Source of the DNA: Heptranchias perlo | Lineage: Eukaryota | Assembly (NCBI RefSeq): GCF_035084215.1 | Contig: NC_090340.1 | Span: 5,456,001 to 5,520,000 of the forward strand | Reading direction: 5' to 3' | DNA: 64,000 nucleotides | Shown: positions 61,525 through 64,000 of the stretch, piece after piece | How positions within the stretch are numbered: the stretch's first letter is position 1 | Layout: each line of letters begins with the position of its first letter | Notes under the pieces: model-generated | Database searches by the model: none | What the model saw: only the letters and a program-made list of their open reading frames with translations | Told to the model about the DNA's origin: nothing | Position numbers and translations under genes: made by a program

Positions 61525-64000
61525 CATAGAATCATAGAATCATAGAAGTTACAACATGGAAACAGGCCCTTCGGCCCAACATGTCCATGTCGCCCAGTTT
61601 ATACCACTAAGCTAGTCCCAATTGCCTGCACTTGGCCCATATCCCTCGATACCCATCTTCCCCATGTAACTGTCCAAATGCTTTTTAAAAGACAAAATTG
61701 TACCCGCCTCTACTACTGCCTCTGGCAGCTCGTTCCAGACACTCACCACCCTTTGAGTGAAAAAATTGCCCCTCTGGATCCTTTTGTATCTCTCCCCTCT
61801 CACCTTAAATCTGTGCCCCCTCGTTATAGACTCCCCTACCTTTGGGAAAAGATTTTGACTATCGACCTTATCTATGCCCCTCATTATTTTATAGACTTCT
61901 ATAAGATCACCCCTTAACCTCCTACTCTCCAGGGAATAAAGTCCCAGTCTGTCTAACCTCTCCCTGTAAGTCAAACCATCAAGTCCCGGTAGCATCCTAG
62001 TAAATCTTTTCTGCACTCTTTCTAGTTTAATAATATCCTTTCTATAATAGGGTGCCCAGAACTGTACACAGTACTCCAAGTGTGGCCTCAGCAATGCCCT
62101 GTACAACTTCAACAAGACATCCCAACTCCTGCATTCAATGTTCTGACCAATGAAACCAAGCATGCTGAATGCCTTCTTCACCACCCTATCCACCTGTGAC
62201 TCCACTTTCAAGGAGCGATGAATCTGTACTCCGAGATCTCTTTGTTCTATAACTCTCCCCAACGCCCTACCATTAACGGAGTAGGTCCTGGCCCGATTTG
62301 ATCTACCAAAATGCATCACCTCACATTTATCTAAATTAAACTCCATCTGCCATTCATCGGCCCACTGGCCCAATTTATCAAGATCCCGTTGCAATCCTAG
62401 ATAACCTTCTTCACTGTCCACAATGCCACCAATCTTGGTATCATCTGCAAACTTACTAACCATGCCTCCTAAATTCTCATCCAAATCATTAATATAAATA
62501 ACAAATAACAGCGGACCCAGCACCGATCCCTGAGGCACACCGCTGGACACAGGCATCCAGTTTGAAAAACAACCCTCGACAACTACCCTCTGTCTTCTGT
62601 CGTCAAGCCAATTTTGTATCCAATTGGCTACCTCACCTTGGATCCCATGAGATTTAACCTTATGTAACAACCTACCATGCGGTACCTTGTCAAATGCTTT
62701 GCTGAAGTCCATGTAGACCACGTCTACTGCACAGCCCTCATCTATCTTCTTGGTTACCCCTTCAAAAAACTCAATCAAATTCGTGAGACATGATTTTCCT
62801 CTCACAAAACCATGCTGACTGTTCCTAATTAGTCCCTGCCTCTCCAAATGCCTGTAGATTCTGTCCCTCAGAATACCCTCTAACAACTTACCCACTACAG
62901 ATGTCAGGCTCACTGGTCTGTAGTTCCCAGGCTTTTCCCTGCCGCCCTTCTTAAACAAAGGCACAACATTTGCTACCCTCCAATCTTCAGGCACCTCACC
63001 TGTAGCGGTGGATGATTCAAATATCTCTGCGAGGGGACCCGCAATTTCCTCCCTAACCTCCCATAACGTCCTGGGATACATTTCATCAGGTCCCGGAGAT
63101 TTATCTACCTTGATGCGCGTTAAGACTTCCAGCACCTCCCTCTCTGTAATATGTACACTCCTCAAGACATCACTATTTATTTCCCCAAGTTCCCTAACAT
63201 CCATGCCTTTCTCAACCGTAAATACCGATGTGAAATATTCATTCAGGATCTCACCCATCTCTTGTGGTTCCGCACATAGATGACCTTGTTGATCCTTAAG
63301 AGGCCCTACTCTCTCCCTAGTTACCCTTTTGCACTTTATGTATTTGTAGAAGCTCTTTGGATTCACCTTTGCCTGATCTGCCAAAGCAATCTCATATCCC
63401 CTTTTTGCCCTCCTGATTTCTCTCTTAACTCTACTCCGGCAATCTCTATACTCTTCAAGGGATCCACTTGATCCCAGCTGCCTATGCATGTCATATGCCT
63501 CCTTCTTATTTTTGACTAGTGCCTCAATCTCCCGAGTCATCCAAGGTTCCCTACTTCTACCAGCCTTGCCCTTCACTTTATAAGGAATGTGCTTACCCTG
63601 AACCCTGGTTAACACACTTTTGAAAGCCTCCCACTTACCAGACGTCCCTTTGCCTGCCAACAGACTCTCCCAATCAACTTCTGAAAGTTCCTGTCTAATA
63701 CCATCAAAATTGGCCTTTCCCCAATTTAGAATTTTAACTTTTGGGCCAGACCTATCCTTCTCCATAGCTATCTTAAAACCAATGGAATTATGATCACTGG
63801 TCCCAAAGTGATCCCTCACTAACACTTCTGTCACCTGCCCTTCCTTATTTCCCAAGAGGAGGTCAAGTTTTGCCCCCTCTCTAGTCGGGCCATCCACATA
63901 CTGAATGAGAAATTCCTCCTGAATACACTCAACAAATTTCTCTCCATCCAAGCCCCTAATGCTATGGCTGTCCCAGTCAATGTTGGGAAAGTTAAAGTCC
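61525..64000 (-). mobile_element. Young CR1 LINE with uninterrupted ORF2; continues beyond the right edge
   Basis: A 779-aa open frame (61612-63951) with the APE C-terminus (LDLLL, GTSDH) and a complete RT (NYRPVSLTS, YMDFSKAFDKVPH, GVPQGSVLGP, SKFADDTK). The (TTCTATGA)n tail is at 61525-61547. Confidence 0.96.
61612..63951 (-). CDS. CR1 ORF2 endonuclease/reverse transcriptase (5'-partial in this window)
   Basis: As above; no stops or frameshifts over 2.3 kb. Confidence 0.92.
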   Translation of the reverse strand: MDGEKFVECIQEEFLIQYVDGPTREGAKLDLLLGNKEGQVTEVLVRDHFGTSDHNSIGFKIAMEKDRSGPKVKILNWGKANFDGIRQELSEVDWESLLAGKGTSGKWEAFKSVLTRVQGKHIPYKVKGKAGRSREPWMTREIEALVKNKKEAYDMHRQLGSSGSLEEYRDCRSRVKREIRRAKRGYEIALADQAKVNPKSFYKYIKCKRVTRERVGPLKDQQGHLCAEPQEMGEILNEYFTSVFTVEKGMDVRELGEINSDVLRSVHITEREVLEVLTRIKVDKSPGPDEMYPRTLWEVREEIAGPLAEIFESSTATGEVPEDWRVANVVPLFKKGGREKPGNYRPVSLTSVVGKLLEGILRDRIYRHLERQGLIRNSQHGFVRGKSCLTNLIEFFEGVTKKIDEGCAVDVVYMDFSKAFDKVPHGRLLHKVKSHGIQGEVANWIQNWLDDRRQRVVVEGCFSNWMPVSSGVPQGSVLGPLLFVIYINDLDENLGGMVSKFADDTKIGGIVDSEEGYLGLQRDLDKLGQWADEWQMEFNLDKCEVMHFGRSNRARTYSVNGRALGRVIEQRDLGVQIHRSLKVESQVDRVVKKAFSMLGFIGQNIECRSWDVLLKLYRALLRPHLEYCVQFWAPYYRKDIIKLERVQKRFTRMLPGLDGLTYRERLDRLGLYSLESRRLRGDLIEVYKIMRGIDKVDSQNLFPKVGESITRGHRFKVRGERYKRIQRGNFFTQRVVSVWNELPEAVVEAGTILSFKKHLDSYMGKMGIEGYGPSAGNWD

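Overview
This is eukaryotic (vertebrate) genomic DNA. The repeat content (dense CR1 and L2 LINEs, a Deu-domain SINE, a Penelope element) suggests a cartilaginous fish; that is an inference. Most of the window is decayed transposable element, and most ORFs in the supplied track are LINE or ERV debris. The main host content is two tandem paralogous + strand genes (21236-25605 and 50874-55691) inside an old segmental duplication (about 17.1-34.9 kb versus about 44.9-59.6 kb). Each gene has four coding exons joined by phase-1 GT-AG introns: leader, germline-joined VJ-type Ig V domain, C1-set Ig domain, and a transmembrane exon with an Arg followed by a tail of about 9 aa. Each spliced product is 261 aa. 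They look like non-rearranging, antigen-receptor-like activating immune receptors. The V domain is unusually compact (no CDR2/C'' region), and copy 1 has lost its second V-domain Cys. Copy 1 is also followed by a phase-compatible, decayed cytoplasmic exon with two ITIM-like tyrosine motifs. The window also holds the 5' half of a decayed endogenous retrovirus (LTR, tRNA-Arg PBS, gag, pol with tether plus RNase H; 1-5310, minus) and a separate orphan retroviral env pseudogene (about 31.05-33.19 kb, minus). A Penelope insertion with a 12-bp TSD lies upstream of copy 2. A young CR1 with an unbroken ORF2 runs off the right edge.
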